Origin: Cyanophora paradoxa CCMP329
Taxonomy: Eukaryota; Plantae; Glaucophyta
Assembly (NCBI GenBank): GCA_004431415.1
Contig: QPMI01000026.1
Location: 62,001-126,000 of the forward strand
DNA: 64,000 nucleotides
Direction of reading: 5' to 3'
Part shown: piece by piece, positions 25,974-38,989 of the stretch
Layout of the letters: each line of letters opens with the position of its first letter
Position numbering within the stretch: the first letter of the stretch is position 1
Program-made: the position numbers and the translations under genes
The notes under the pieces: model-generated
Told to the model about the DNA's origin: nothing
The model's database searches: none
What the model saw: the letters and a program-made list of their open reading frames with translations, nothing else

Positions 25974-26247
25974 CATGATCATGATTTCCATCTCTTTCGA
26001 CTCTAAGCCACTCCTTTTCGCGTCCATATGCCTCGCTCTGGTGTCCGGACTGCGGCCGCGCGCCGCATTGATCGGGACCCGCTGCAGGCGCCATATTTAT
26101 GCCTGCGGCCGGATGACCTTCGCTAAGATCTATAAAGCTTTTCAGTCGATGCTCCATCGACATCGCTCTTCTTATCTCCCCTTTCTATTTAGATCATCCT
26201 CTGCGCCTCTTTGACTTCCCTGATGTTTGAGAGCCGTTTGCGAGCCC

Positions 26248-26374
26248 CCGTCCCTTTCGGTACTCCGCCTTTATGCGTGGCGATGTACCTAGAAGAGTGG
26301 GGCGAGACGAAGCGGAGGACAGGCGGAGCCCAGGACCGTCCATGAGCGGGCTCCTTTGTTTCCTCTATACATCT
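26248..26374 (+). ncRNA. Box H/ACA snoRNA candidate, copy 2 (direct repeat, 401 bp downstream)
   Basis: Identical to copy 1 through the ACA at 26369-26371. The identity stops right after the ACA box. Confidence 0.65.
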
Positions 26375-27041
26375 TCAAATTCGAATTCGAGCCGCCCATC
26401 CCTTCCCTTTCGAATTCATGTCCTTCGGCCGCCGGTCTAGCCGTATGCCTCGCCTCACAAGGGTCCCGCCGGCCCTGCGGAGCACCGGCGCGGGTGTGTC
26501 TGCTTGAAGCTTGCAACGAGGGTTCGGATCCGGGGCGACCGATATCGCCATCCCTCGCCCCTTGGCGCCGCGACGGTTAAGCATGGGGCGCCCCGCCGCC
26601 TGTGATCGCATGTCAGCTTTTCTCAGCTGCAGATTTAGATCTAGACGTTGGCACCGAGCTCGGGGCTGTGAGCGAGAGAGCATACGAGTGCGCGTCGTCG
26701 GCAAATGCGGGTTCGATGGGCGGGCAGCACAGCACAGGCCGGGCAGGCACATACGTACGCGATCCGCATATAGCTGCCGCTGGGAGCTTCAAGCCTCCTC
26801 TTGGGGCCGAGGCGATCATCCTTGAAGAGGAGTTGGAGCTGGACGCGAAGAAGCAAGCGGCAGATTTAGACGGCAGGCAGCGCGATTGGCATGCGTGCGT
26901 GCAGGTCACTGATACCGCTGAAGAGGTCAGTACTACTTTTGCTATTGATCGGCTCCGGTTCTGGGCCATGCTCACCTCTGTGCATCACGTGAATACGTGC
27001 GGCCCTCGCGCAGCAGAGCGGGAGGGGCGACTCTCTTCAGA

Positions 27042-28163
27042 ATGCGCTGGCTGCGGCCAGCAGCGGGGAGCTGGGCTGGCTGCATTTGGTCCGCGGCGAC
27101 TGCGAGTCCGCCCTTCCTCTGCTGGAGGTGCGCATGCGCGCGCCAAGGCGCCCTCGCCATCCAAGCGCATCAAGCGCCCACTGCATCGCTGCGATTTCGA
27201 GCTCCGCTCGTGCAGCGGGCCCTTTCGCTGGCGACGATCGCAGAGTCCATGGGCCCGACGCATAAGTTCACGGGCGAAATGCTGTTCGGCATCGCCCGCG
27301 CCAGGCACGCGCTTGGCGAGCGCCCGGCCGCCCTCCTCATGTACGAGGTGCATGCGCCCCTGCGCTCGTTCCGCCCGAACGAAGCACTGCGGCACGCTCA
27401 GCGCGCTCCTCCTCAGCGCGCGCTGGAGATCAAGCGCGCCAACTCGCGGCGGCGGCACGGGGACGACCCGGGTACCCGCCCCGCGTTCTTCTCCACCGCC
27501 CGCGCACCCTGAAGCGCAAGCACCGACCCCGCAGAGGTCGCGACGGTGCTGCTGTGGCTCGGCAAGCTTCACACGGAGGCGGGCAGGCTCGACAAGGCAA
27601 AGCCGCTCCTGGAGGCGCGCGCGGCCCGCCATGGCCACCCCTGACCTGAACTGAGCTGACCGGCCCGCAGCGCTCCCTTTCGATCCGAGTCAAGCCGTGG
27701 GCGGGGCACGGCGGCCCCGGGCACACGCAGGCGCCTTTCCTAAGCTCTGATCGCGCGCGCGCCTCTAAGTATAGCGCAGGTCGCGGAGTGCCTGACGGCG
27801 ACGGCGGCGCTGCTCCAGGCGACGGGACGCCGCATGGAGGCGGAGCGAATGCTGGAGGAGGCGTTCGGACTCCTGCAGCGGGCCGAGCGCTCGGGCTGCC
27901 TGGGTGCAGGCGGCGCCGACCCGGGGCCGGAGGTGCCGGAGACGCTCCACGCCCTCGCCGCGATCATCGCCGAGCGGCGCCCGCACGCCGCCGCCGCCCT
28001 CTTCGAGGTGGGGGTACCCCTCCCTCAAAAATTCAAATTTTCGAAACATTTGATCCGGCAGCGGGCGCTGGGGCTGCGGCGGCGGCTGCTGGTGGCGGAA
28101 CACGCGGACACGCGGCGGACGGAGGCGGCGCTTGCCGCCGCCCGCGCCCGCTGCGAGCGCTAG
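27042..28163 (+). CDS. TPR-repeat protein (kinesin-light-chain-like repeats)
   Basis: Exons give ALLMYE/RALEIK, EVATVLLWLGKLH..GRLDKAKPLLE/RSLSIR, VAECLTATAALL and EVPETLHALAAII..ALFE/RALGLRRRLLVAEHADTRR..*. The 5' end is uncertain and may extend to ~26.7 kb. Confidence 0.7.
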
Positions 28164-28427
28164 CTAGCTAGCTAGCTATAGCTAGCTAGGACCGGATGTC
28201 GACCGGACCGGACTTCTCTGAGATTTTGTAAGCTATAGCTAAGCTGAATTCTTCTTCTAGCCTTCAAATTTTCTGGAGATTCTCATGAGGCCCTGCAGCT
28301 GGCGCCGATCCGCTTTCATTCTGCCCCCAGCAGGGGCGTGTGTACAGTTCGATGTCATTCATTCAATTCTGATCAGAGATTCTTTCCGAGTGTAGCGCGG
28401 TCTATAGCTAGATGTAGACCTATACAG

Positions 28428-30257
28428 CTAGCTAGGCGTCACTTTGGCTCGATATTTTTCTAGTCGGCTCGCTCTCATTGGGTGTGTATGAATGATTAGT
28501 ATACATGAGTGTGATCCCCACCGCGCTAAGCTCGTCTCCCGATCCCAGCTGGGAGGCAGATCGGTGATTATGAAAGCTGCCAGCGGGCTGGCAGGTACCA
28601 GTTCATGATCATTCGCAGCAGCGCGCTCGAACTCGGTGACGCCGAGGGCGTCTGCGGCGAACTGCGCCGAGGGCGTCGGCGGGTGGGCTCGCTGCAGCGG
28701 GCGGCGGGCGTGGCGGACCTGGCGCGTGAGCATGAGCTCGAACTCCGTGACGGCGGGGTCGGTGGGGCGGAAGCAGGGGAAGCGCTCGATGCCGAGGTAG
28801 GCGGCCAGCGCCTCGGGGGAGGGGAAGAGGAGCCACGCCGCGTCCCGCGCCCCGCCCCGCTCCGCCGTGTGCCGGTGCGAGTCGAACACCAGCAACTGCC
28901 CCGCCGCCGTTGCGAGGGGCCGGACGCGAGGCGGGGGGGCGGGCGAACCGTGCAGGGGAGGGCGGCGAGGGGCGGGGGGCGCCAGCGGCGCGGGTGGGCG
29001 CGGTACGCGTCGCGGACGGCTTGGGCGAGCTCGTGGCGGGGCGGCCCGGGCAGCGCGAGGGCGACGAGGGTCTGGCTCGCGCACGTGACGGCGAGGCCCT
29101 CGGGCCGGCGCCGGCCCGCCTCCCACAGCTCCCGCGCCGGCCCCTCGAACGCCCGCCCGTCCGGCTGCTCGCCGGTCGGCCGGGGCAGCGGCGCGGCGGC
29201 GGGGGGCGGACCGCGAGGGCGCCGTCGACGCGGACGGCGACGCGGAGGGGGCGGAGGTCGGGCGCGGCGCCGGCGACGGCGTCGAATTCGGTGTGCTCGA
29301 CGCCCGCCGGCGCCGCGCCGCCCGCCCTCGCCATGTAGTGCTCGTACAGCAGCGTCCCCTCCCGCAGCACCTGCCGCCGCCGGTCGGGCGGCGCGGCGGC
29401 GGGTGGCGCGGCGGCGGGCGCAGGGCGGACCCTGTCGACGGCCTCCGGGTCCCAGTAGGGCGCGTCGCCCCGCATCACCTGCAGCGCCGCCAGCGCCGCG
29501 ATCGCCGTGCACGCGCTCCGCCCACCGACGCCCTTCGAGCCCTGGTGCTTGTTCCCAACCACGCGCGCCACTGCGGCGCGGCGCGGGCGCTCAGCGGCAG
29601 CCGGACCCGCGGCGCGCGGCTCGCCCTTTCGCCGCACGGCGCCGCGGCGCACCGTACGCTGGATGTACTTCTGCAAAAGGAAGGACGTTCATCGCTCCGT
29701 CCGCCGTCGTGCCCATGGAAGGCTGCGCGCCGTGAGAAGTGAGAATGCGGATCCGCAGAGCGAGCGAACAGCGCAGTCCGCCGGCCGCGAACCGAGACCA
29801 GTCATCTTCAGTCTCGAAGATCATGCTGTAGTCTTCCTGCTGCACAGCAGGCACGTCTACGAGCAGCCTCCATTCCCCGCTGTCGGCATCCTTGTGCATA
29901 GGCATGTGAACGTCCTGTGTGCAAGTGTCAACTAGGGACGTGTGAAGCGGTTGAACTCACAATCGAAGGCATGAACGCCGTAGCGCTGATCGCGCGGTCG
30001 CCCGGCAGGCGGAGCTCGGCCGTCCCAGAGCGCGACACATCGAAACTCGGAGAACCAGCGCTGCGCGCCTTCGCGAAGAAGAACTCCCGCAAAGTTCCCG
30101 CGTCGAAGCCCAAAGAGACATCCACAGGCATCGCCTGCAGGTACCCGCCGTCCGCTGCTGCTGCAGTGCTGCAGGGCGATTCTGAACTGATGGATCGGTG
30201 CGCACGGCTCCCGATTTCTGCTGGGGAACTCGGAAATTTGTGTTGCGGGAGCTTCAT
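28428..30257 (-). CDS. CBM48/AMPK-beta-like domain + viral-tegument-like deubiquitinase (VTD, peptidase C76-like), copy 1, 3'-truncated
   Basis: The CBM-like part reads PMHKDADSGEWRLLVDVP..DYSMIF..DW..DGAMNVL. The DUB part reads GNKHQG..GGRSACTAIA (Cys 29509-29511), VDR/VLREGTLLY, LLVFDSH (28875-28883) and FPSPEALAAYL. Confidence 0.72.
28654..30141. repeat. Arm 1 of a ~1.5-kb inverted duplication (partner 38990-40477)
   Basis: Near-identical reverse complement of 38990-40477, introns included. Confidence 0.95.
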
Positions 30258-30443
30258 CGGGAAGGCATGCGCACTGCTTTAGCGGCTGGCAGCCTGCCTA
30301 GTCGAATTGATTGCCCAGTAGTCGAACTTAACGTGTACCCAAGCTCGCGCAGCCTGAGCCAGCCTCCTCCAGCCTCCAGCCTCCAGCCTCCAGCCTCCTC
30401 CTTCAAAGCCTCGCAGTCGTTAATATCGTTCATCCCTCGCCAC

Positions 30444-32853
30444 ATGGCGAGGGACAAGATATGCATCTGGTGCGGTTCCCCGGACTGGAGCGGACACGTC
30501 GAATACTGCAAAGGTCTGCACACAGAGAACATTGCTTCAGATTCTCATCGTTCAAATCCAATTCCTCCTCATCATCGTCCGTAGCACGATTGCAAGCGGG
30601 AAGATCGCTGAGCCTGGCGAGCACCTCAGCGGCAGCTGCTGCGCAATCCGCCCCAACGTATGCGCAAGTAGCAGCGCCAGCGTCACGCACTCCAAGCTCC
30701 GACTCGAGCTCCAGTAGGAGCGGTGACCGGGAGAAGGCTTCGATCGGGGACGCAATCGTAGCAGCCGGCAAGCACTTCTTGCACGCAGTCGGCTCGGCAA
30801 TCGGAGGTTCGAGCTCGAGCAAGCAGAAGGGCCGGGCAGAGGGCGCGATGGCGGACGTGCCACTGGCTCCGCGCTGTTATGACTTCGCCAACTCGCGCCT
30901 CACCTTCCGCACCTTCACCATCACCTACAGGGACGAGGACGACCGGCGCGAGCCCGTCGCCGTCTCTGTGCGCGGCACCTTTGGCCACGAGGCCACGGTG
31001 AGCGCGCAGGGAATGTCCTCCGCCCCCCATTGTCTGACGGTCGCGCAGTGGTCGCAGGACATCGAACTCGCGGCCGTGCCGAGCGAGCAGGGCGTGCTTT
31101 GGCAGCTGCGGATAGATCTCCCGCCGCGCCGCGTTGAATTCCGATTCCGCGTCACTTACGAGCGCGGCCGTGAGCCGGAGTGGCGCACCTCGGTGCGCGT
31201 TGAGGCTTGGGCGAGGCTGTGGGCCACCGGTGACGCCAACGCGCAGGCGGCGCACCCCTGCGAGGGGCAGCACCGGAACAACTTTCTCTCCGCCGGGTAC
31301 TCCTCCAAACAGAGGAGGCCAATTCCCAGTGCGTTGCGACCTGACCCCCCTTACCCGACCTGACCCTACCTGACCTCGCAACCGCCCCCCCCCCCCCCCC
31401 CCCCCCCCCCCTCCTCCCGCGCACACCCCGCAGCCTCCATCGGAAAGGCCAACGACGCGGTCGACGCGACGTGGAGCATCGTCGCTTGCATGTTCGCCGC
31501 CTCGCGGCTGCATGGCGGCGAGCGCGCCTCCTCGCTCCACGAGCTGGCCGGCGCCCTAAGCGCGGTGCGCCTTTCATATCAACTCGGGAGACGCTCGCGC
31601 CGATGGATATGCGGTGCCGCAGGCGATACGGGAGGCGGAGAGGGCGGGGCAGGACAGGAGGGTCGAGAGCGCCGTCAACGCCCTCCTTGCTGCGGAGGCG
31701 GAGCCGGCCGAGTTCCTGCGCGCCGTCCCGCCCCTCGCCAGCCTCACCGCTGGCGAGTCCGCCGTCGACATCCTCGAGCGCTCGGTGCGCCAACTCCTGC
31801 GAGACCGCCGCTTGCAACCCCGCTTATGTGTCCCCGCAGCTGTGCCCGCTGGGGCTGGACAACCTCGCTGCGGCACTTGGCGGTGCAGCGGCCGGCCCTC
31901 TGCGGACGCTGCTCGTCGGCTTCGCGCTGCACCACGTGCTCGTTGTCTGGGGCGGCCCCGTGCCGGCGGGGCGGTTGGTGCTCTTGGACCCGGTGCCCCG
32001 CGGCGACGAGATCGGCCCGTCGGGCGAGCGGGAGGAGTCGCGCCGCGCCGCCGCCCTCGAGTTCGACGGCACCCAGGCAGTGCGGGCGTACCTCAGCCGT
32101 GAACTCTTCGGCGGGCGTGCCGAGCAGCAGGACGCACAGGACGACCGCAACTCTCTTGCGCGCTTCTGCGAGCTACGCCCCAAGGCCCCGGCTTCCACCC
32201 CCTCCGGCTCGCCAGCGGTCGGCGGGGCGTTGCTGGACGGGGGTGGGGACGCGATGGAAGTTGTGCGCCACCGGCTCGACGCGGAGCAGCGGATCGCCCA
32301 GGAGCGGCGGCGCCAGGAGGAGGATGAGCGGCGGATGGCACTGGAGCGGGACGAGGCGGCCCGGCAGCTGGCGGCACGGGAGGCGCAGCGGCGGGCGGAG
32401 CAGGAGGAGGCGGCGCGGCAGCAGGCGGCCCGCGAGGCGCAGCGGCGCGCCGACGCGGAGGCGGCCGAGCGGGAGGAGGCGCAGCGGCTCGCGGAGGAGG
32501 CGCGCAGGCGGGCAGAGGAGGAGGCGGAGCTCGAGGCCCTCCGGGAGCTGCAGCAGCAGCAGGAGCGGCTGGAGGCTGAGGTCGCGCAACTGCGGCGCGA
32601 GTACGAGGAGCGCAAGGCGCACAACGATCAGCAGCAGGGGGAGCTCGAGAGCGCGCGGCTGGCCCTCCGCACCCAGAAGACGTGAGCTTAGAACCCGGTC
32701 ACCACCTTATCGGCTTCTAGTACTGATACCGTGCTGCTCAGGTGTTCGACAGAACTTCACAGCCAGAAGCGCGGGGCAGTGTACGCCACTCAGCAAATCC
32801 TGGACAGGCTACACGACCGGCTGCAGGGGGCCCTCGCTCTAGATCTTGGTTAA
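30444..32853 (+). CDS. Cys/His finger + CBM48 + catalytically degenerate VTD-like domain + coiled coil
   Basis: N-terminal CIWC..HVEYC. The CBM48 reads VSVRGTF...W..WQLRIDLPP..EFRFRV..W..NNFL. The VTD-like part reads WSIVACMFAA/AIREA..LVLLDPV..AALEFDGTQAVRAYL. An E/R/A/Q-rich helix follows, with TAA at 32851-32853. Confidence 0.65.
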
Positions 32854-33278
32854 TCATTGAACAATAAACATCCTCAGCGCTCTCGGTGCCCCTACGCCCC
32901 TTGGCCTAGCTATAGACCCCTACTCGTCCCCCTAAGCACGTGCATACGTATACGTATACGTACCCCCCGGAGGACATACGTACGCTTGTACCCCTCGACG
33001 TCGACGTCGACTTGTGGGGTGCTTGCAATTGCGCCGTGGAGTGTCCTCCTCTGCGTACGGCTTCCATGGCCAGGCTGAAGATCTAGAGGCCTGGGCGGAA
33101 GCCCGGGCCGGCCGCGGTGTTCTGAATTCGAACGAGGGGGTCGACGTCAAACCGGTACCCCCCGGTACCGGAGCACACACACGCGTACGCTAGCGCTTGC
33201 AATTGCACACACACGTGCACGCTAGACCTTTAGATCGATATCTGCAGCTTGGAACAGCCTGCGGAGCTCGAGACGCCC

Positions 33279-34981
33279 ATGGCGGCACGAGATGAACGCG
33301 ATACGGGCGAGCGCCCGTCAAGCAGGAGCCACCGAGACGCCGAGGTGGACGACCTTGACGGACCAGGCGAGTCATTCTGGGAAGGCGTGCCGCCACGGCG
33401 TCCGACTCGTGAGTGGACCGATCCGCCACTCGCATCAAGCTCGTCCAGCTCAGCGAATCCTGCTCGGAGTCGGGGTGTTCCGCGGCGCGAACAGTCCGAC
33501 GAAGACGAGGGTCATGCGTACGAGGTCAACCGGCGCCTCGATGATCTGGAGCGCCGGCACAAGAAGCTGGAGCGCCAGATGAAGGCGGAGCTACTTCACA
33601 TCTCGCAAGAGTTGCAACAGGAACGCGAGGCAAGGGAGCAGGCGGAGGAGAGGGCGCGGTCGCAGGCCCGCGACTTCGAGAACCAGCTGCGGCGCCTGAC
33701 TGACCAGCGCCGCCGCTTCCTGGAGGATGTCCGCGGCGACCTGCAGGTGTGCGCGTCCTAGCTGTAGGGCCTGCAACGCCGCATCCGTCTCTTGACTTTC
33801 GCACGGAATAGCGCAGGCTGCAGGAATCCGAAGAGCGCGCAGAGCTGCTCCAACAGCAGATAGACCGAATGAACGTGCAGGGGACGGCGCAGCCGCCGCA
33901 TGCGCAGTTGCAAGCGCGCTTCCCGGCAAACATCCAGGTTCGGGCCAGGCTCCGCCGCTGCGCCGCGACTTCTGACTTGTCGATCAGACGAACGAGCCGT
34001 ACGCGCCTCTGGGGGCCGGACTGGTCGCCGCTCCGAACCTCGGGCCAGGGCCTTTTGCGGTTGCAGCGCCAGCGGCCGCGGCTGCACTCGTTCAGAACCC
34101 AGCGACGGCGGCACCGCCCGTCCCCCCGGCCCGTCAACCTGCGCCGGCGCCCGCCCAGGCGCCGGCTCCCCAGCCGCGTGTCCAGCAGCGGACCATCGGC
34201 AGCGGCGATATTCGCTGCCTGATCGATGACTGCCCGCATCGTACGTCTAGGAAATCTGTCTGACTCGTTCGCTGGCGGCTATCTGACCAGTTATCAGGTT
34301 TTGAGGACGAGGAAATGCGCAACCACCACATCGCGTTCAACCACGACGACGGCGGCTGTACGTGCGAGACCTGCAGCGGCGGCGCCCCCGCCCCCGCCGC
34401 GAACCGGGCCCCCGCCCCCGCCCCTCGGCCGGCCCCGGCCGCGGCTCCGGCGCCTGCAGTCGCTGGGCCGTCCCGTGCGGGAAACCAGCAGGCGCCTGGG
34501 CCGGCTGCTGCGGCGCCGGCTGCTGCGGCGCCGGCTGTGGCCAACGAGCCGATGCAGCTCTTCTTCCGCTGCGCCGGCGGCGGCGACAACCCGCGGCTGC
34601 CGGTGGCGTGCACGCGAAACGAGCGACTGGTCGACGTCCTCGAGCGCGCCCGCGCCGCCCTCAACGCCGAAGAGCTCACCTCGGTGCGCTGTGCGGGCTC
34701 AGAGCTTGGCGCGCTCCGCTGACCGCGCCCGTCGACCCCGCGTGCAGCAAAACATCCGCCTGGTCTTCGTTGTGAGCGGGCCGAACAAGGTCGCGCAGCC
34801 GCCCATCGCGCAGCGGATGCAGCAGAGCCCGCTGGCGACCCTGGGCGAGTGCGGGGTCCCCAGCGGCGCTGAAATCTACGTGTCTGTCAAGGTGCCAGCT
34901 TCCCCGCCTCGCGCGCCCGCTTCCTTCGCTCGCGCACTCACTTTCGCTCAGATAATCGGACAAGCGGTCGCCAAGGATTAG
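33279..34981 (+). CDS. Coiled-coil, Cys/His finger and C-terminal ubiquitin-like domain protein
   Basis: Coiled coil at ~33520-33750, then CLIDDC..NHHIAFNH..CTCETC. The UBL-like part reads MQLFFRC..RLVDVLERARAAL../NIRLVF..TLGECGVPSGAEIYVSVK. Confidence 0.6.
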
Positions 34982-35646
34982 AATTGATTCGGATTAATTT
35001 ATAACTTCGATTAACTTACTGGGGGGGAGGGGGGAGGGGGATCGGGGGAGGGGATCCCGGAGGGGGGGGGGGGGGGGGGAAGGGGGGCGGGGAGTGGGAG
35101 GGCGGGGGGGGGGGAGGAGGGGGGGGGTGGCCGGGGGGGATGGGGGGGATATATATGAAGGGGGAGGGGGATTCTTATCCATCTACCCACGGGCCCCTTC
35201 TTCTTTAGCACGGCCCTCCGGGCCTGTACCCCCTGCATATATACGTAGCCAGTCCTGCGACCATCTTGCCATGCTTAGCATAGCCTATAACTATAGCTAC
35301 AGCTATAGCTTGCGCTAGCACTCAGCCGTTTGAACTGTACTCATATGCATGCAAGCCAGGGCCTCTGGACCAGCTGCCAGGCTGCAGGAAATAGATGGAA
35401 TGGATCTACTGACTGCAGCTGGCTCAGCCTGGCTGCATATCCTTAGTAATGTCTGTGATGACGGTTTACGTTCGAGACTTGCAAAGCCGGCCGCGTCGGC
35501 GGCATGGCTGCCGCCCGTCGCGTACGTCCCGGCGTGGGAAAGTTTGGTGTAGGGGGATTGATGTGAGAGAAGCCGGGGGAGGTGGGGGCTGGGGCGAGGG
35601 AAGGGGCCGCCGGGACGGCCATGCTGATGGCTTCGCCGTCCCCCCG

Positions 35647-38574
35647 CTACTGCATGAGTTCGGCCTCGACGAACATAGGGTGGGTGGGCGTAAAGTGGTG
35701 GCTGTGGTGCTGGCACGCCGCGCTCTGTACCCCCCTGGAAGCCCGGCACTCCTCCGAGTGCTCCGGCAGGAACGTCCTCTGGCGGCGGTGTCGAAGATTG
35801 CACAAAAAAGAATCAGTCACGAAAAAGAAGACGAACCCGGCAGTCCGCGTAGTAACAGAATTCCTGCCCACACTGACCCGCAGGAAAGTCAAGACGCTGC
35901 GAGTAATGTACAAATGATAGCTAAAGATGCGGACCCGGCAGCGCATGTGGCGGCAGCCGCGAGCCAGCTGCACGTACGCGGTGCAGCGAGGGCAGCGGGG
36001 CCAGCCCTTCTGCCGAGCCAGTTCTGTCATCGCTCTGTCCTCGGGACTCCGCTCGTCCTCCGGAAGGGCCTGGTACTGCAAGCGGATCCGAAGAAAAGAA
36101 ATAGTCAGCCAGGACGTATAAAGTCGCTGGAACAATAGCGAAAAATAGCTACCTGCTCGCAGGTGATTTCCTGGTGCCAGGGCGCGCGGCAGACAGCGCA
36201 GTAGCGCTTCCGGCAGCCGAAACATTCGACGTTCTCGCCTGCCGTCGGATCCCACTCGCAAATCATGTCGCACGATGGATAGGGGCAGTCGCTTCGTCGC
36301 TCTACGAAATTTCCCCGCGATTTGACGCAAGGTCAGCGGACAGTAGCTTGTCAAACTTTGAAGGCTCGCACCAGGGGGAATGTGAGTGAGGGTCAGGTTG
36401 CGCATGAAGATCTGGAGGTCCTTGTCCCGAAGCCCGACCAGCATCGCGAGGTTCTCGCCCAGCTCCCCCTCGAAGAGCGTCGGGCACCTCGAGCCTCCGG
36501 GGCACCTGATGGGGTACAGCGTCGGGTCCTTGAACCGCGAGTCGATGTAGCCCCGCAGGCAGTTGCGGCAGGTGTAGTGCTCGCAAGTCCCCGCCGTGCC
36601 GAGGCAGTCCATCTGAGGTGTCGGCGCGGCTTCAGCGCTCGAGCTAGAAGAGGTTTGAGAAGCTTAGGGGCGTCGACGCACGGAAACCTTGATGCGCTCG
36701 CCGAGGCAGACGCAGCACTGCGCGAGGCTTTCGTCGAGCTCCTGCTGCACGGCGTGCAGACGAGCCTGGTCGTGATGAATGGACCGGAGGGGAGGAGGGG
36801 GGGAGGAGAGGGGGGGGGGGGGGGTGTCAGCTGCGATCTCGGTCCAGCTTTGGGATTTCGGCGGATTCAAACCTCGAGCGCGTCGATGCGGTCCTGCGCC
36901 TGCTCCGTGGCGCCTTCGACGCCGCGGATGCGGCCAACGTCCCTGAACACGCGTTCTGCGCGGTGAAGTGGTGGGGATGAGGTGGTGGGGGAAAGGAGGG
37001 GTAGAAACAAAGATCTAGAGCGAGCTGACCGATGCGGTTGAGGAGTTCCGCTTCGGCGTGCTCCCACAACGACCCGTCGCGATCGTCGCCGGCTTCGCGG
37101 TACACCTGCTCCGCAGGAGATGTCAAACACGCGAAGAAATGAATGTCAGAGGATCGAACCCGCTGCCATTCCGACTCGACGTCGGCTGTGGCGTCCTCGA
37201 TCCGATTGATGAGCTCGTCCACCTCAAGATTTTACACGAGTCAGCCGGTATACATCCGGAGACAGATCTAGATTCATAGAGGGGAGAATACCCGTGCGGC
37301 GGCCTCCGCGGCGGCGTGAGCAGCCTCGCTGGCCTCTGCCTGCAGGTTGAGCAGCTCTGCAGAGGGGCCGCCGTTGTGAGAGGGGGTAGCTAGGAGGCGG
37401 GGGCCGGGGCCGGGGGACGTGCCTTGGGTTGCTGCGCGGGCGCGGGCCTCGGCATCCTGCGCGCGCCGTCGGAAGGCCTCTTCGGCGTGGCGCGCGGTCT
37501 GCTGAGCCCTCTGCACGGCCAGGTCAGCTTGCCGCTCCCGGTGAGCTGCAAGCCGCTTTGCTTCATCTTCGCTTCTCTTTAGCCTCGCAATCTCCTCCCG
37601 CAGTTCGCGCTCCAGCCTCTCCGCGTTCCGAGCAGCCTGTGCGACGTCTTTTATACTGCGTTTCGATCGCAAGTGCAGGGCCACGCGTGCACCTTTTCGG
37701 AACGGTCCTCTTCTCTCTGAGCCCGATTTTTTTGACTGCTGAGACTTGCTTCCAAACGGTCGCAATCCTCTTCAAGCTGCGAAGGGAAAGCAAGCGCTTG
37801 CAGTCATGATCATATGCATGTGATCGATTATGCGATTATAGGGAGCGGTTGCAAACGAACTTTGGAAATCTTCTTGTCTTTCTGCACCAGCTGCGCCCTA
37901 AGACTCATCACCAGGTCTTCCTTGTCAGCGAGCGCCTGCCGCAGTGCGGACTGCTTCGATTCGGGTCAGATTCGACTACTCAGGATAGGGTGGAGACTGG
38001 GACTGACATCCCGCGTCCTTACGATCGCGACGTCACGCTTGAGCGCCTCCAGCTCACGCCCAGAAGCTATGACGGTGAAGAAGCTGTCATTCATTGTAAT
38101 GAAACTTGCAAGTCTAATAGACTACGTACCTATGAGCCTGTCTTTCAGTTCTGCATGCGCGGATCGTTGCACATCAGCGACACGCGCGCAGAATTGAACG
38201 TTCGCATGCAAACCTTGTGCGGCCGTCCGCCATTTGCGATAGGCAACGCGCATCTTGGCGCAGGATTCTAATCCGCATAGTTCTCCATCCACGACCGCTG
38301 CGCACGCATGATGATCGGACACGCGAGCGCTGCCTTTGAACAGCAGAAACTGCTCACAGTAGAAACTGTCGGAGCGTGAAGGGCCAGCGAGACGATCTCG
38401 GTCCGTGCTCTCGTCTAGATCTGCAGCTGCAGATGAAACGGGTCGCCCGGGCGGCGACTGGCCGCCCAGTCCTGCATCAATATCGATATCCTGCCCGCGC
38501 TGCGGTGTAGCAATAGTCTCCGGCACGCTCGCGGCCGCGCCCGGCTCGCGGTCCTCGTCTGGGGGATCCATCAT
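35647..38574 (-). CDS. RBR (RING1-IBR-RING2) E3 ubiquitin ligase 1 with N-terminal coiled coil
   Basis: RING1: CCVC..CEHYTCRNCLRGYI..PIRCP..RC. IBR: CPYPSC..VECFGC..YCAVC..WHQEITC. RING2: CPRC..GCRHMRC/CGQEFC, with catalytic Cys and His intact. The join to the 5' exons at 37.3-38.6 kb is inferred. Confidence 0.85.
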
Positions 38575-38690
38575 GCAACGCGTCCTAACCTGCGTGCCGC
38601 GAACTTCAGCCAGAGGATGCCAGAGGATGGATCGAGCTACCTTCGAATATGGCTCACCCGCGCCACGGTCAATGGCAAATGCCGGTCTCT

Positions 38691-38746
38691 CGAGTAACTG
38701 CCGCTCACTCGAGTAACTGCCGCTCCCTCCAGTAACTGCCGCTCAG
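38691..38746. repeat. Three tandem copies of AGTAACTGCCGCTC (~19-bp period)
   Basis: Directly visible between RBR1 and DUB copy 2. Confidence 0.8.
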
Positions 38747-38989
38747 CGGCTCGGCCAAATGACGATCGCGGACCCGCCAGGCGTATCCGCATTCACTTGA
38801 CCGCGCGGCTTAGGCGGCTTATGATCAGGGGCTACATGATTCGAATACCGACTCGTCACTTGGTCGACGTCCGCGGCAGCTGAGCTGAGCGCTTCCTTGA
38901 GGTTACGAGTTCCGGATCCCCAGCACAACTCGGAACCCGCGCGCACCGATCCACCAGTCAGGTCGGCCCTGCAGCAGCGGGCGGCGGTT

